A DNA stretch of 64,000 nt, taken from Gracilinanus agilis. Lineage: Eukaryota. The notes beneath the pieces were generated by a model, which was given only the letters and a program-made list of their open reading frames with translations, did not search any database and was not told the origin of the DNA. Shown here piece after piece: positions 11,031 to 23,620 of the stretch. The position numbers and the translations under genes are program-made. How positions within the stretch are numbered: the first letter of the stretch is position 1; each line of letters starts with the position of its first letter. The DNA is taken from positions 610,831,525 through 610,895,524 of the forward strand of contig NC_058132.1 of NCBI RefSeq assembly GCF_016433145.1, written 5' to 3'.

Positions 11031-12829
11031 AAAAAATGCATTAACCCATTCAGATCACTCACTGAGAGAGAATAAAGTTCTCAACTCAGGGTCAACTTTC
11101 TTCATGACTTCAATGATAACAATTTCCAAATGTGAAGTGAAGGTCCTAGAAGAATGTGGCTTAAGGGTTTAAAACAAAATATAAAGACATTTCAGTCCTG
11201 TGTGAGTGCTGAGATTTTCTTCACTGACTTTCAGAAGTGCAAATGACTCGGGACTGATATACTAACAGAAAGAAAAAGAAAAAGGTTTATGCACCATAGA
11301 TCATACACCTAAGTAGTACTGCACATATGCAATTGCTGACCCCAAACACCCTACCATTAATCTAATTCCTATAGAGTCTTGATTAGCTGAAGTAAATGAG
11401 TCTGAAAGCACTTGGATTATAAAACACTGGAGTAATAAGGAATGACAGGCACAGTGTTCTTTCACTGTATTTTTTTGAAATATGCAACTGTGTGCTGTGT
11501 TTTAACATTAAGGACACTTCCTCAAAGAGCAACCGCTTTATAACATGTTGGTGACTGGTTGGTTTTTTCTTTTGTTTTTTTTTTGGTTTTTTCCCCCTAA
11601 TACAGGTGTGTGACTCCATTACTGTGGTGAATATCCAATGTGGAAACTCTCTTCTCAAAACCGACTAGCAATTTATAAATAACTTTCATCTTAAAGAGTT
11701 TCCTGAGGAGACTAAGAAGTTAATAGACAACCAAGAGGTCACTCTGCTAGGAGCATGAATCAGAGGCAGGACGTGAAGTCAAGACTTACTGACACTAGGG
11801 CCATTGGACCACCTAATATTTTCTAACATTGGTTAGCTAGCATTATATGTTTGACCAAGCTTCTGATTTGGAATGATGCTTAACTCATGCCACGTCCCAT
11901 TTTCCTTTGTCTTAACCAACTAACACTTAAACAACCATAGTTCTCTATTTGATACTTGTTTTCCTATCATATATCTTAAAATGGGACTTTCAGGGCAGAG
12001 TAACTAGTAGGGCATGGGGTCTTTCACAGATTATTTATGGGAAAACTAATCACTTGTTGTGTCATGGAGCTTGTGAACATCCCTCAGGACTAAAGCAAAA
12101 AGTCAGCCCTTCTTATCTTGAAGAAATGAAAGAGAAATTTTGTTTTTTCACCGTTCTTCAAAAAGATCCTGGGACATGAGAAAAGATTACATTCTGTGAC
12201 TCTCTCTTCCCAGGCTCCCAGCATAGGTAGGGTTAAATGGTCAATTGCATGCTGGGTACTCCACTCTTTTTGATGATTTCTTAGAATACTCAGAGTGGTT
12301 TCCATTACATTTTTCTTATGGTTTGTTTGTTTGTTTTTGTTTCATTCCCTCTTTAATTAATCACAACATTGGGTCAGCCAGACCCATTAACAGCATTTCT
12401 CATTTGGACCTCTCAGAGATGCAGCTGCAGAGGCAATTTAATTTGTTGACCTGTGATCAATAGCAATTAATAGCGTCTCTTTAATCTTGTTGAAAGGTCT
12501 GACTTGGGCTTCTAGTAGCTACCATCTCAAGGGAAAGGTATCATATACATCTGTTATTAGTTCCTATGGTCTAGCCCCCTTCCACCATTCACTTTTCTAA
12601 TGACTTACCAGTCTTTACAAGACTACATTTCCCAAAGACTTTGCTTATTACATTAAAACATTTTAGATTTCTCTTCTTTAAATTCACTACATAAATGTTA
12701 TGAATGGAAAATTCTAGATCCTATAAAAGTAGCCATAAAAATTTTCCTTTTCCTTCAGAAAGTAGATTTAACTCTTTAAAAAACTTTTGTTAATAACATG
12801 GAAACTTAACCCAGTAGGGACCAAGGCAT

Positions 12830-13070
12830 AAAGAAATTAGTACAGAGGACAGAGTGCAAAACTTAGAGTCAGGAAGATGAGTTCAAATGCTACCTCATAT
12901 AATGACTGTGTATAAGTTATTTTAACCTCTTTCAGCCCCAATTTTCTCATCACTAAAACTGGAATTATAATAATAGCTCTTATTTCATAGATTTATTGTG
13001 AGGATCTGATGTGATAACATTAAAATAAGTTGTGAATTTGAAAGCACTATATACGTTAGTTCTTCTTATA
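12830..13070 (+). mobile_element. MIR-type SINE
   Basis: ttagagtcaggaagatgagttcaaat...ttttaacctctttcagccccaattttctcatc...ttgtgaggatc. Confidence 0.8.
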
Positions 13071-13444
13071 GAACCCTGCTATAAAGTGCTGAGAATCAAG
13101 AAGTCAGGCTTACAACAAATGTTTTTTAAAGTGCTAAAGCATCAGCAAATCAGTAAAAAAAATAAGGTGAGAAAGAATAAAAGGACCCTCAGACCCAATA
13201 GAAGATTTACACATGAGTGGTGAAATCATAATACATAGGTGTATTTTAACAGGTAAATTGGACTGAAAAAAATTGCATCATGGTCTATACCCTTATCAAA
13301 CTTCCTTTCTTGTATATGTCTAATTACATTAATAATAGAACACTAGGCAATGTCTGTGAAATAGAGATCAGAAATCTATGAGGGCTTTAGATATAAAGAT
13401 TTTAAAAATCTGAGGCTCAGTTTGTATATGTGTACAAAGTAGTA

Positions 13445-13610
13445 ATTAGAAGGAACATGTCATTTGTATCCAGGGGATCTGGGTTCATATCCCACATCTA
13501 TCACTTACTACCTATGTGTTCTTCAATAAGTCTCAACTTCCCTGAGCCTTGATTTCCTCTTTAGTAAAATGATAGGGTTGGATTAGATGTTCCTTCCTGT
13601 CCTAAATCTA
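13445..13610 (+). mobile_element. MIR-type SINE
   Basis: gatctgggttcatatccc...cctgagccttgatttcctctttagtaaaatg...ggattagatg. Confidence 0.75.
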
Positions 13611-15159
13611 TTCCTTCAAAATTATCCATATGTATGTTTGTATGCAGATCTTTGTACACACATTTCTGTATCAATGAAAATCAATGAAATGCCCTGAGCC
13701 CCCATCTTTGTGGGATATTCCCTAAGATCCTCCCTGAAGTTGGCACATCCTTCTCATTCTAACTACCAATCCAGCCCCTGTCATTCTCATCCCACCTCCA
13801 TTTTCCAGTGAAGCATTTCATTAGCTCTGCTTGTTCATAGATTTAATTTCCCATCTCTAATCATTTGTGGCCGATGAAAAAAAAGTAAGCACATTGGAAT
13901 CAGAGAGAACTGAGCCTATAAGAGAGTCTCTCAGAGAGAAACAAAAATCAAAGTAAATGCAGTCACACGATTTCAAAGCCAATGATATATGTGCATATAA
14001 AGAAAGCAACTGATATTATTAAATGTGTCAAGAAATGAGCATGTGTGCGTGTGTGCATGTGTGTGCACTTTAAACCTGTCAAAGCCTTCTGCTAAACATG
14101 GTTTACCTTTCAAGTACATTCCAGGGTTTGCCATCAGATCTTCTACTAAGCATGATTTCTTTTTTTTCAGAAGATGGAAGGAGAGTGATTTCGCTGGGTC
14201 TTCAGGCAACACGCATATGGTCATGTCATAAGTGCAATTGAATAGTGATGGTTTTCCAGTCCACTTAAAATGAATTTGCCTCAGAGCACATGGATGTCCC
14301 CATGCATGGAGCGTGCTCATCTGTCGCTTTAATGGGAATCTCCTTGTCTTTTTCCAAGCTATTTTCAGTCCTGAATTTTCCATTTTACAATCTGCAATTA
14401 GCATATCATGAATGCAATTCACATGCCATGCTCTGAAAATCAACCTTCACCTTTTAAGCCTTGAGCCCTTAAATAACAGCATATGAAGACACTTTATGTT
14501 TGACTAAGGGTAACTGAGAGGTACCAGCTCCATTCACAAATAAGATCAGAACAAACTGGAGTTTTAAATCCCTCTACCTTTCACCAGCCCCCCAGGACCA
14601 TTGTGGTATCCATCAGCACCCCAGCTGCTGGCCACCAATAGCCCTGACTCAGCAGCCTGTAATAGTTTCAGTGGAATATAATGACAGGAGTTCCATTTTT
14701 CTTGACCTTCTAGAAGATCAGCTCTCCTCCCAATCAGCAGGGAGGCAAGAGTCACTGCAGCAAAATCTATTAAATGATGCATCTGAAAACTACAAAGTAA
14801 TGGGGGCGGGGGGAGAAAGGTTTTCCACTATCATGATATTTTACAACATCAATGTAGCGTGCAATAATGTATTTCCCTTTTTGCATTTGCAAACGGGAAA
14901 TGGGAGAACCTGAATCTCTAATCACAGATTCCATTACATTGATTTGCTCCTGCAGTAAGTGGAAGGCTAGTCATCAGGGGCATATGCCTATTGAAATGAT
15001 GTCAACATAGACAAATACCCTTTGTTTACCATATAATCTATATTTTAGCATATATAAATCAGCAGCAAGCTGGCTTGGCACACAAACACATCTTAGTGGC
15101 TTTTTTTAGAGAAGTAAAAGAGCATATTGGAAATGCATTATGTATGTGTTGAAAATCAT

Positions 15160-15545
15160 GGAATTTGGAATTGAAAAGAACCATGAGGATGGCTCTAGTT
15201 CAAATCCCCTATTTTACAGATCAGTATAAGTGACTCTGAAAAGCACAGCTATTTACCTAAAGTCATATTGCTCTCGAGGCCAATACAAGAACCCAGGTTT
15301 TCTGACTCCCAGGCCAGCAGCAAGGTAGTGTGACAGATTGATCACTGAGGAGTTTAGAAAAAGTGAGTTTGAATCCTGACACACTACTGTTTGACCCTGG
15401 TTAAGTCAATTAACCAATCTCAGTGTCTTCATCTAAAAAATGGGGATAATAATGATGTCTGCCTTATAGGGCTGTTGTTAGAATTTAACGTGATTATATA
15501 TGTAACAAACTTAGCAAACTTTAAAGTGCTCTAGAAACTGTAATG
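15160..15545. mobile_element. Two adjacent MIR-type SINEs in opposite orientation
   Basis: Antisense CORE (ttttacagat...gaacccaggtttctgactccc) followed by sense CORE (gagtttgaatcctg...cagtgtcttcatctaaaaaatgggg). Confidence 0.75.
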
Positions 15546-16024
15546 ATGATGAAGAAGATGGTCATAATGATGCCTTATAACTGGAACTGCGCTGGCCAAC
15601 TCAGTATCCCTATCTATACAACACAAATGAAAGTTCAAATTTAACTAATTGGACCAGTTGTGTAGTGGTCCATACTAAACAGGTTAACCCCCAATGCTAC
15701 TTTGGGGTCTAATAAAAATTGTACCTTGCCTAGGCTGATAAAATCAGCTAAATGATTGGCATACATCTACTTCATTTTAAACTCGGCCACGATTATATTT
15801 TCAAAACAAAAACATTTCCTCCTTCATCTGTAAGAATGATTCATTTCCAGTCCATATCTAATTTACTCTTTTAAATTGCAAACATATATGTGTGTCTGCA
15901 AAGGCAGCTAAAAACCATACCAGACATATCTATGCATACATACAGAAAAACCCAAACTTTTGTGTGAATGCACATATATGTATATATGTTTAATCTTTAA
16001 ATTATGTATATTGTACTACATTTC

Positions 16025-16270
16025 ATATTATACAGAGTGGATAGAGTGCCAGGCCTGGATCAAAAAGACTTTTTTTTCTAAGTTAAAATCCAACTGCAGA
16101 CATTTACTAACTGTGTGATCCTCTGCAAGTCTCTTAAACCTGCTTGCCATAGTTTCCTAATTTGTAAAATGAGCTGGTGAAAGAAATGGCAAATCACTCC
16201 AGTATTTTTGCCAAGAAAACTCCAAATGGGCTCATGAAGATTCAGATATGACTGAAATAACTGAATAATT
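16025..16270 (+). mobile_element. MAR1-type CORE-SINE with RTE/BovB-like tail
   Basis: Tail gaaatggcaaatcactccagtatttttgccaagaaaactccaaatggg...atgactgaa is the RTE 3' end. Confidence 0.85.
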
Positions 16271-16393
16271 ATATAGAATATGTGTAAAGGCATGGTATGT
16301 CTTATATATTACATACCTCATATATTATGTAAATTGTATATTAAAGTTTAATTTATATTACACACTATATAAAACATATGTACAGATGAGGGG

Positions 16394-16415
16394 GGAGACA
16401 GAAAGAGAGGAAAGG

Positions 16416-16465
<50 letters not shown>

Positions 16466-16502
16466 ACAGAGAGAGAGACAGAGAGAGAGACAGAGAGAGA
16501 GA
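16394..16502. repeat. (GA)n/(GACA)n microsatellite
   Basis: Seen directly. Confidence 0.95.
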
Positions 16503-17348
16503 TTGGGAGGTTTATTTTATTTGTTCATATGTGTACATGTCTGTTTTTTTAAGCTGAATCTCTACCTTTGCAGAAAAAGCTACTTTTGGTTCCCAAGGGA
16601 TCAGAATAAGAATCAATAAGTGAAAAAGCATGCAAGCACTGTACTAAATACTGCAAATATGAATATAATCTAGCAAAATAATTTCTGTCCTCAAGGAGCT
16701 TACATTCTAACAACTGAAGACAGCTTATATGGGAGAGTAGTGGGCAGAAGAAATGGCAGTTGAAGTCATAGGTAGTATTGTATAATTTTTCCAGTGGATG
16801 ACTTGGGGGGGGGTGTGGAATGGTGGGACAATATAGATATGGTCAATGTTCACCAGTCAGTACACCAGGATTCTAGGGTAGGATCTTGAGTTCGAGGTCA
16901 GAGGTGGAGGCCAGGGCTCAGAAACATGACAGCTTGATGATGTCTGGAAAAGGATATCATAACCTATGCTATCAAATAGAGTCTTGATTATTGTTGAGAG
17001 ATGAGACTGTAGCTTTAAAAACTTCATTAGTAAATTTGATATCTTGAAGAAATTCTATTGTTATTTGTATAATTGATTCTTAATCAATATACACTGAATG
17101 GTTCAACTAAAGAAATGTAAATGAAAAAATTTAATATTTCTTTCCAGTGCATATAAAAACAAAATACAGGATACTGTTAGGATTATATACCCAGGATGTT
17201 ACTATACATTACTTATAGTGAAAGTGATTGTCTTTGTGTTGAATTTATGGTTACAGTTACAAGAATAGAAATTTTTTCAAAAAAAGAGATAAAAAACAAA
17301 AATCATAGAATATCAAAACTGAAAGTGATCTTATAGAACTTCTAGTTT

Positions 17349-17655
17349 AAAGGTTCTTAAACTAGGGTCTTTGAATTTGTGTATGTATGTATATGTATAT
17401 GTATATCTGAGTACCTACATATAATATATATGTATATGTGTATTTATATATATGTGATATGTATGTGTACATATTTATATATAATTTCATTCTTTTATCT
17501 TCTTCTTTGAAAACAAAATTTCTAGTCTCACAATTGTAAACATAAATTCAGCACACAGGCAATCACTTTCACTATAAGTAATATATAGTAACATCCTGGG
17601 TATATAATACAAATTATATCCTGCAATTTTGTTTGTGCACTACAGAGAGAGAGAC

Positions 17656-17703
<48 letters not shown>

Positions 17704-17910
17704 AGATAGAGAGAGAAGGAACAAGAGAGGGAGGAAGGGAGAAATAGAGAATTCTATTTCACTATAATTGTTTTTCTTTATAATCCTTTATATTCTATAT
17801 CACGCATTTAAAAATATTATTTTAAGGGTTAGATAGACTTTGCCATACTACCAAAGGGGACTAAGATATAGAAAAATAAATAATAAAAAGGTTAAAGTTA
17901 AGAACTCCCA
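17349..17910 (-). mobile_element. Charlie1-like hAT element expanded by microsatellites and a captured inverted segment
   Basis: Termini aggttcttaaact and ttaagaactccc; internal gcatttaaaaatattatttt is shared with the copy at 44105. Confidence 0.6.
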
Positions 17911-18949
17911 ATGTTATCCAATCATCCCACTTATGAATGAGAAAACTGTGAAATTGCTTGGTCAATGTGACTTATTTGCAGAAAGACCTAAGGAATAGAA
18001 CTTACTTTTTAGTCCTTTTCCATGGATATGTCCCTTTTTCCTTAATTGCCACACTCCAAAGTTATCACCCGCTAATACAGAGCTGAAAAGTTTCCCCTCC
18101 AGATCTAGAATTGTTGGTCATCATGATGCAAGTGGTTCTGGAATCTGGTCCTAAAACTGAAAATTCTGGGTACTAGGTAATAGTATACCCAAAGTTGAAA
18201 GGCAAGATACAGGCAATGCAATACCTAGGGCAACTATCAAGGTTAGGGCATTGGATCATTAGAGAACCAAAAATATATTAAAATTGTGTATGCCTGCATG
18301 CAACATACACATACATATTCTGTACACTCATTAGAATGCTATCCTAGAACTTACATATATCCTACATATATCCCACAGACGTTCAAAGGATTTAAAAAAT
18401 AATAATCACACATTCTAGTTTTTAAAATGTCTTGCCTTCTTGGTTTTGCATCCTTTGGGCACATTTTTTTCCCATTATAAACTTCAAAAATGACAGAACT
18501 GAATACAGAAGAATATACAACCATAGAGGAAAAAGTGGAGAAAATAGACTTCAAATCAGCCTCATTCTTAACTGAACAGAATAAAGCAGATTTAAATATG
18601 CATGTAAACATGAATGAATGACTGCACATGTACCTAAATACATGCATGAATGCATATGTGCAAAAATATATGCAAAAGTTTGATGTAGAAATATATTAAA
18701 TTTAAAAAAATAAATAAGTATGTAAAGAGAGAAGTTTTGAGGAAAGAAGAGTCAAGGAGAAAATAATGACAAAACAGATTTTAAGTTCAGAGGGTGGATC
18801 ATGAAGAAGATTGAAAGGAAAGAATCAGTGATGAAGGCCTATACAAAAAGAACACCTGAAACATAAAAGATTAACAGAGGATTAAAATGAGAGGCTGGAA
18901 AATAACTTATTCTATAAGGAAATCATTTTGTGTTTAAAGGTCATAGTAC

Positions 18950-20370
18950 ATATGAGCCAAAGGACACATAAGTACTTAAAGAACAAGTTCATCAAATTAC
19001 AGGGGGAAATAGCACATGGGACCTCAATGTACCCCTTTCAGAACTAAACAAATCTAACAATGATAAGAAGGAAATTCTAGACATAAGCAGAGCAGAATTT
19101 TAGAAAAGTAGAATATGAAAGATCTCTGATGATCACTGAATGGGAATAGAAAGCCACAAATATATTTCTCTGATATGCACGGAATTTTTACAAAAATTGA
19201 CCATCTTCTAGGTCATAAAAACTACATAAAGCAATGGTGTCAAACTCAAAAAGAAATAGCCTGTAGATTGAATATTGACTTAGAAATTTTATATTATCAT
19301 CTGTATTGTATACTATGTATTTATTTTGTTAAATATTTCCTAATTATGTTTTATTATAATTTTGTTCACACATTTTGCAGACTGCCTATAGCCCATTAGC
19401 TATGAGTTTGATGCCTTTAAAATAAACAAATTAGAACATGCAGAAATATTAAATATTTTTTACTGACCACAACACAACAATTGTATACTATGTATTTATT
19501 TTGTTAAATATTTCCTCACTCAAAAATTAAATAATTTAGTCATAAAAACTGGTGACTCAAAGAATAAAACACAGAAAGAATAAATCATTACATCAAAAGA
19601 TATAATAGCAATGAGATTATATGCCAAAATTTTGGGATCAAGTCAAACTGTTCTTAGGAAGAAATGTATATTTTCATCAACAAAAGAGAAAGAATAGGTC
19701 AATAAAATAGATTGCAACTTTTAAAACACTTTAATATTTTTAAAAGAACTTTTAAAAAACCATCCAAGACAAAAATGGAAAATCTGAAAATTAGAGATTA
19801 ACAATTTTGAAAACAAAAATCTCATTGAATTAATAAACAAAACTTGGAGTTATTTTTAAATAAATAAAAACTAAAACTTAAGTTAGACTTATTTTTAAGA
19901 GAGGGAAACTAGATTTCTATACCAAAGAAAGAAAAAGGAGAATTCACAAAAAATTAAAAAGGAAATAAAGGAAATTATTAGGAAGCATTTCACCCATCTA
20001 CATGCCAACAAAATGGATAAATTCAATGAAATGGATAAAATTAAGAGTAAATAATACCTAGATTAACAGAATAAGAAACAGAGAATTGAAAAACCAAATC
20101 ACCAATAAATAAATTTAGCAAGTAATAAATAAATGAACTTCAAAAAGAAAAAAAATTGGGGTAGGTCGATTTTTATATTATTTCTGTTAAGCATTCAAAG
20201 AACAAACATTTTATATAAGGGATTTGGAGACACTGGAAAAAAGAAATTCTAGCATATTCCTTCTATAAGTTTAGTCTTAATACTTAAATAAGGAAGAGCC
20301 AGTGAAGGTGGGTCTGTGAATTGGTTTAGATATTCTGGAAAACAATTTGGAATTATACTCAAAAAATTAA
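18950..20370 (+). mobile_element. Degenerate L1 ORF2 relic (endonuclease C-terminus onward)
   Basis: The ORF at 19175 starts MHGIFTKIDHLLGHK, which resembles L1 HGTYSKIDHILGHK; the DNA further on resembles L1 ORF2. Confidence 0.85.
19232..19419. mobile_element. hAT-type MITE nested in L1
   Basis: TIRs caatggtgtcaaactca (19232-19248) and tgagtttgatgccttta (19403-19419); decayed 8-bp TSD acataaag / aaataaac. Confidence 0.7.
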
Positions 20371-20779
20371 TGAATAAATAAAACAGTCATTAATTTATTA
20401 AATCTATTTTATTGTTTGCTTATTTTAATTATCATTAATAATAATTTTATTAACAATTATTTCTATTTAAAATATTTTTATTATTATTAATAAATGTGTT
20501 AATTTATAAAAACTTACTATATCCCATGCTAAATTCAGGGAATACAAACAGAAAAATGATATAGTATCTACTCTCAAAGAGACTATATTCTAAGAGGAAT
20601 AACAACAAACATGTAAGATTTTCAGTTAGATGGAAAGGTCCAATGGTCCTAAGGGCAGAGGACAAAGCAAATGGTAATGCCTCTTATTTAATGTCATATA
20701 TTCCTTGCTTTAAAGGGTCATTTAATTGCATTGAACTTTCTCTTCATTTGGTGGAGATTGATTGGTTAATACCCCCATG

Positions 20780-21125
20780 CCTGTGTGAAGGGGAAGAATT
20801 AATGAGATCTAGAGAGAAAAAGAGATCTGAGATCTTCTAGCATAGACTTTAAGAGAGAAAATGTGTCATTCTAACCACTCTTCAGGTGACTGAAGGGAGA
20901 GAAAAACTTTTTGACTTACTGAAGAACTAGCAATTTATATAATTTCTATAACTGTAGACTGTTATACTAGAGACTTTGGGGGAATTTCCTTTAGGTAAGA
21001 TTGGGGACTATCTATTGCTTGAACTGAATTACTTGCTCCCAAAGAGCTCCTTCAGTCTGTATGGTTTGGTATGTATTCTCTTATATATTTTTCTCTATTT
21101 TTTTCTACCAACTTGATTAAATGAG
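20780..21125. mobile_element. Possible LTR fragment
   Basis: Starts tgtgaagggg; composition and motifs resemble marsupial ERV LTRs; no TSD found. Confidence 0.3.
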
Positions 21126-22789
21126 TTTATTTGCTATTTTCCATTTATTCATTGTGGAACTGGAATTTGATGGCAAGGAAGTCAAGCTTTGGATACATAC
21201 TTTGGGACATTCCTTTCTCAATAGGGGATGGCAATCAAGAGCATAACTTAAAACTAAAAAATTTTCCTTCATACTAATATTATTTAGGGAACTTGATAGA
21301 TATAATTCTAGCCTGTTACCCCTCTGTGTGAGAAGAGCAGAGTGGCCAGCTTCTGGCTCAATGTCCTGCTTCCTTTGCTGAAATGAATCAATCTCCTTTG
21401 GAGATATTAAAAGAAAAAAGCTGGGTAAAGATGTGAAGAAAACTAACATTATTATGAGAGCTTTCTATCATAAAAGCCAGGATCTACAGACCTCCCATTA
21501 TGGTCCAAGACCCTAAATTCTAGAGGTTACAGATATTTATAACCTAAGTGTAAGTATAGGCAGTGCTTAAATGAGCAGGCTTTGAGCTAATCCTTCTCAG
21601 ATGCAGAGGGAGTCACTATGGATACTTCATTCTTTGGGTACCAGATAGTCAACAAACTACAGGATGAGCTGAGCTCTTTATGCCTCCCTTGCTTTGTGAC
21701 ACAATTCTGAGAGTTCAGGGTCAGAGAATTAATCTTACTTTACTGACAGAGCATATTTTATCTATGATTATTTCTTTAATATTCTTACTGATTATTATCT
21801 CATACACAGCTATTCAATCTGCTAATAACTGAGGCCATATCTTACTATAAATCACAGAGTTTCAACTGAATATATTAATTGACAGAATGGTTATAATCTA
21901 ATTCATTAAATTTCTCCTTATGGAGGAAGACAAGGAAGAGCCTCTAGAGCTAACTATTTTTCCCTCCCTTTGAGCCATAGCTACACAGATTCATATGAAC
22001 ATGCCTAACCTACATGAGCAAAACAATACAATACAAACCATACTCCTTACAGTCATGTCCACTGATAAAAATTGATGTCTGATGCTGAATCATTGGAAAG
22101 TGTCAAGGATTTTGGTGGCAAGAACTTTTCTTTTACTGGGTAATCAGTATGTTTAACTGTAGCATTTTTAGATTCCAAGCTGTATCTCCACTGGGATATC
22201 CCTGCTTCCTAGCATGATGCCTGTGGGCATTAGGAAAGAAGCATGGCTATTTCCAAAACTCTTGGGTCCTAGGATGTTTTCATTGAGGTCTGAGGGAAAT
22301 TGGTTGCCAAGATGGTGGTATGGGTTATTTTTCACTTGTCTGGTTCATGATGCCTCCCATTTTTCCCTTAGAGTACCTTGCTGTTTCAACTAGGCCAAAT
22401 TGCCTGTCCTGGGGATGATATTTTGCTGATAATTGATGGATGGAATTGATGGAATGACTACCCCTTTCTCCAGAGGAATTGCTTCCCCAGATTATGTTTG
22501 TAGGGGTTTGGTTGGAAATAGGACAAAGATCTGGTCAATGTTCTGCCAGTCCCAGAGTTTTTGTGTTTATCTACCTATTGATGACAGTTTGTTAGCATTT
22601 GTTACTGGCAGTGGTGAGAAAGGTGGACCCCTTCTTCACAATAATCACTCCCCTTTATGTAGGCTATGCTGGATTAGAAGGACTTCTGGTTGATTGAGGG
22701 ACACTCATATACAAGGCTCTTGGGTTCAGAGCACTGAGTTGTCTCCATTAGATCCTGATGGAAAATGGTGATCAAAGTGGTGATGGTTT

Positions 22790-23371
22790 AACACTAAATT
22801 TTGATCCAGTGATATTACTAAATATATTCCCCAGAGAGATAAACGAAAGAAAAGAAAAGACCTACATGTACAAAAATATTCGTAGCAGCATTTCCATTGT
22901 AGTAAAAAACTATAAATTAAAAGGGTACTCATCAACTGAAGAATGACTAAACAAGCTGTAGAATATGGATTCAATGGAATATTATCTTACTGCAAGAAAT
23001 GGTCAAAAGGATGATGGATTCAGAGAAACTTGGGAAGGCTTGTCTGAACTCATATAGAATGAAATGAACAGGACCAGGAGAACAATCTATATAATTTCTA
23101 CAATTCTATAATTAAAAACAAGTCTAAAATGTTAAAGAACTGTGATCAACATTGACCAATCATGACTCCAGAGGATCAGGGATGAAGCAGGCTACCTACT
23201 TTTGACAAAAAGTTGATGACCTACAGATGAAGCATGAGATAAAAACAAATTTTGGGATATGTCCAAATACATGGTTTTCTTTTGTTTGACTTTATTAATT
23301 TGATTCAGGGGAGGCTATTTTTTAATTTGGTGGGAGGAATAGTTGGGAAGCTTTGTTGGTAGTGATAGTGA

Positions 23372-23422
<51 letters not shown>

Positions 23423-23620
23423 TTACTGACATATAAAGATATAAAGGAAGTTTGGAGGAAGCTAGAAAAGCAAGAAAGCTTTAAAACTAATGTGTTGTAC
23501 TTATCATGTGCTTTAAAAAAAGTTATATGTAATAGAAATTTGTGATATCATAAGCAATCTACTCTTTCTATTCTCTGTTGTTGTTTGTCAAGTTCAAAAT
23601 AACAAAAAAAATTATTTTAG
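22790..23620 (+). mobile_element. Old L1 3' end
   Basis: tttgatccagtgatattacta...acctacatgtacaaaaatattcgtagcagc...gaaatgaacaggaccaggagaacaat. Confidence 0.8.
23372..23418. repeat. (TG)n(GA)n microsatellite
   Basis: Seen directly. Confidence 0.95.

Noticed and set aside
22433-22760. Possible Penelope or retroviral RT-like peptide on the minus strand (ALYMSVP)
   Set aside because: Too short, surrounded by stops, and no second RT motif found by manual translation.
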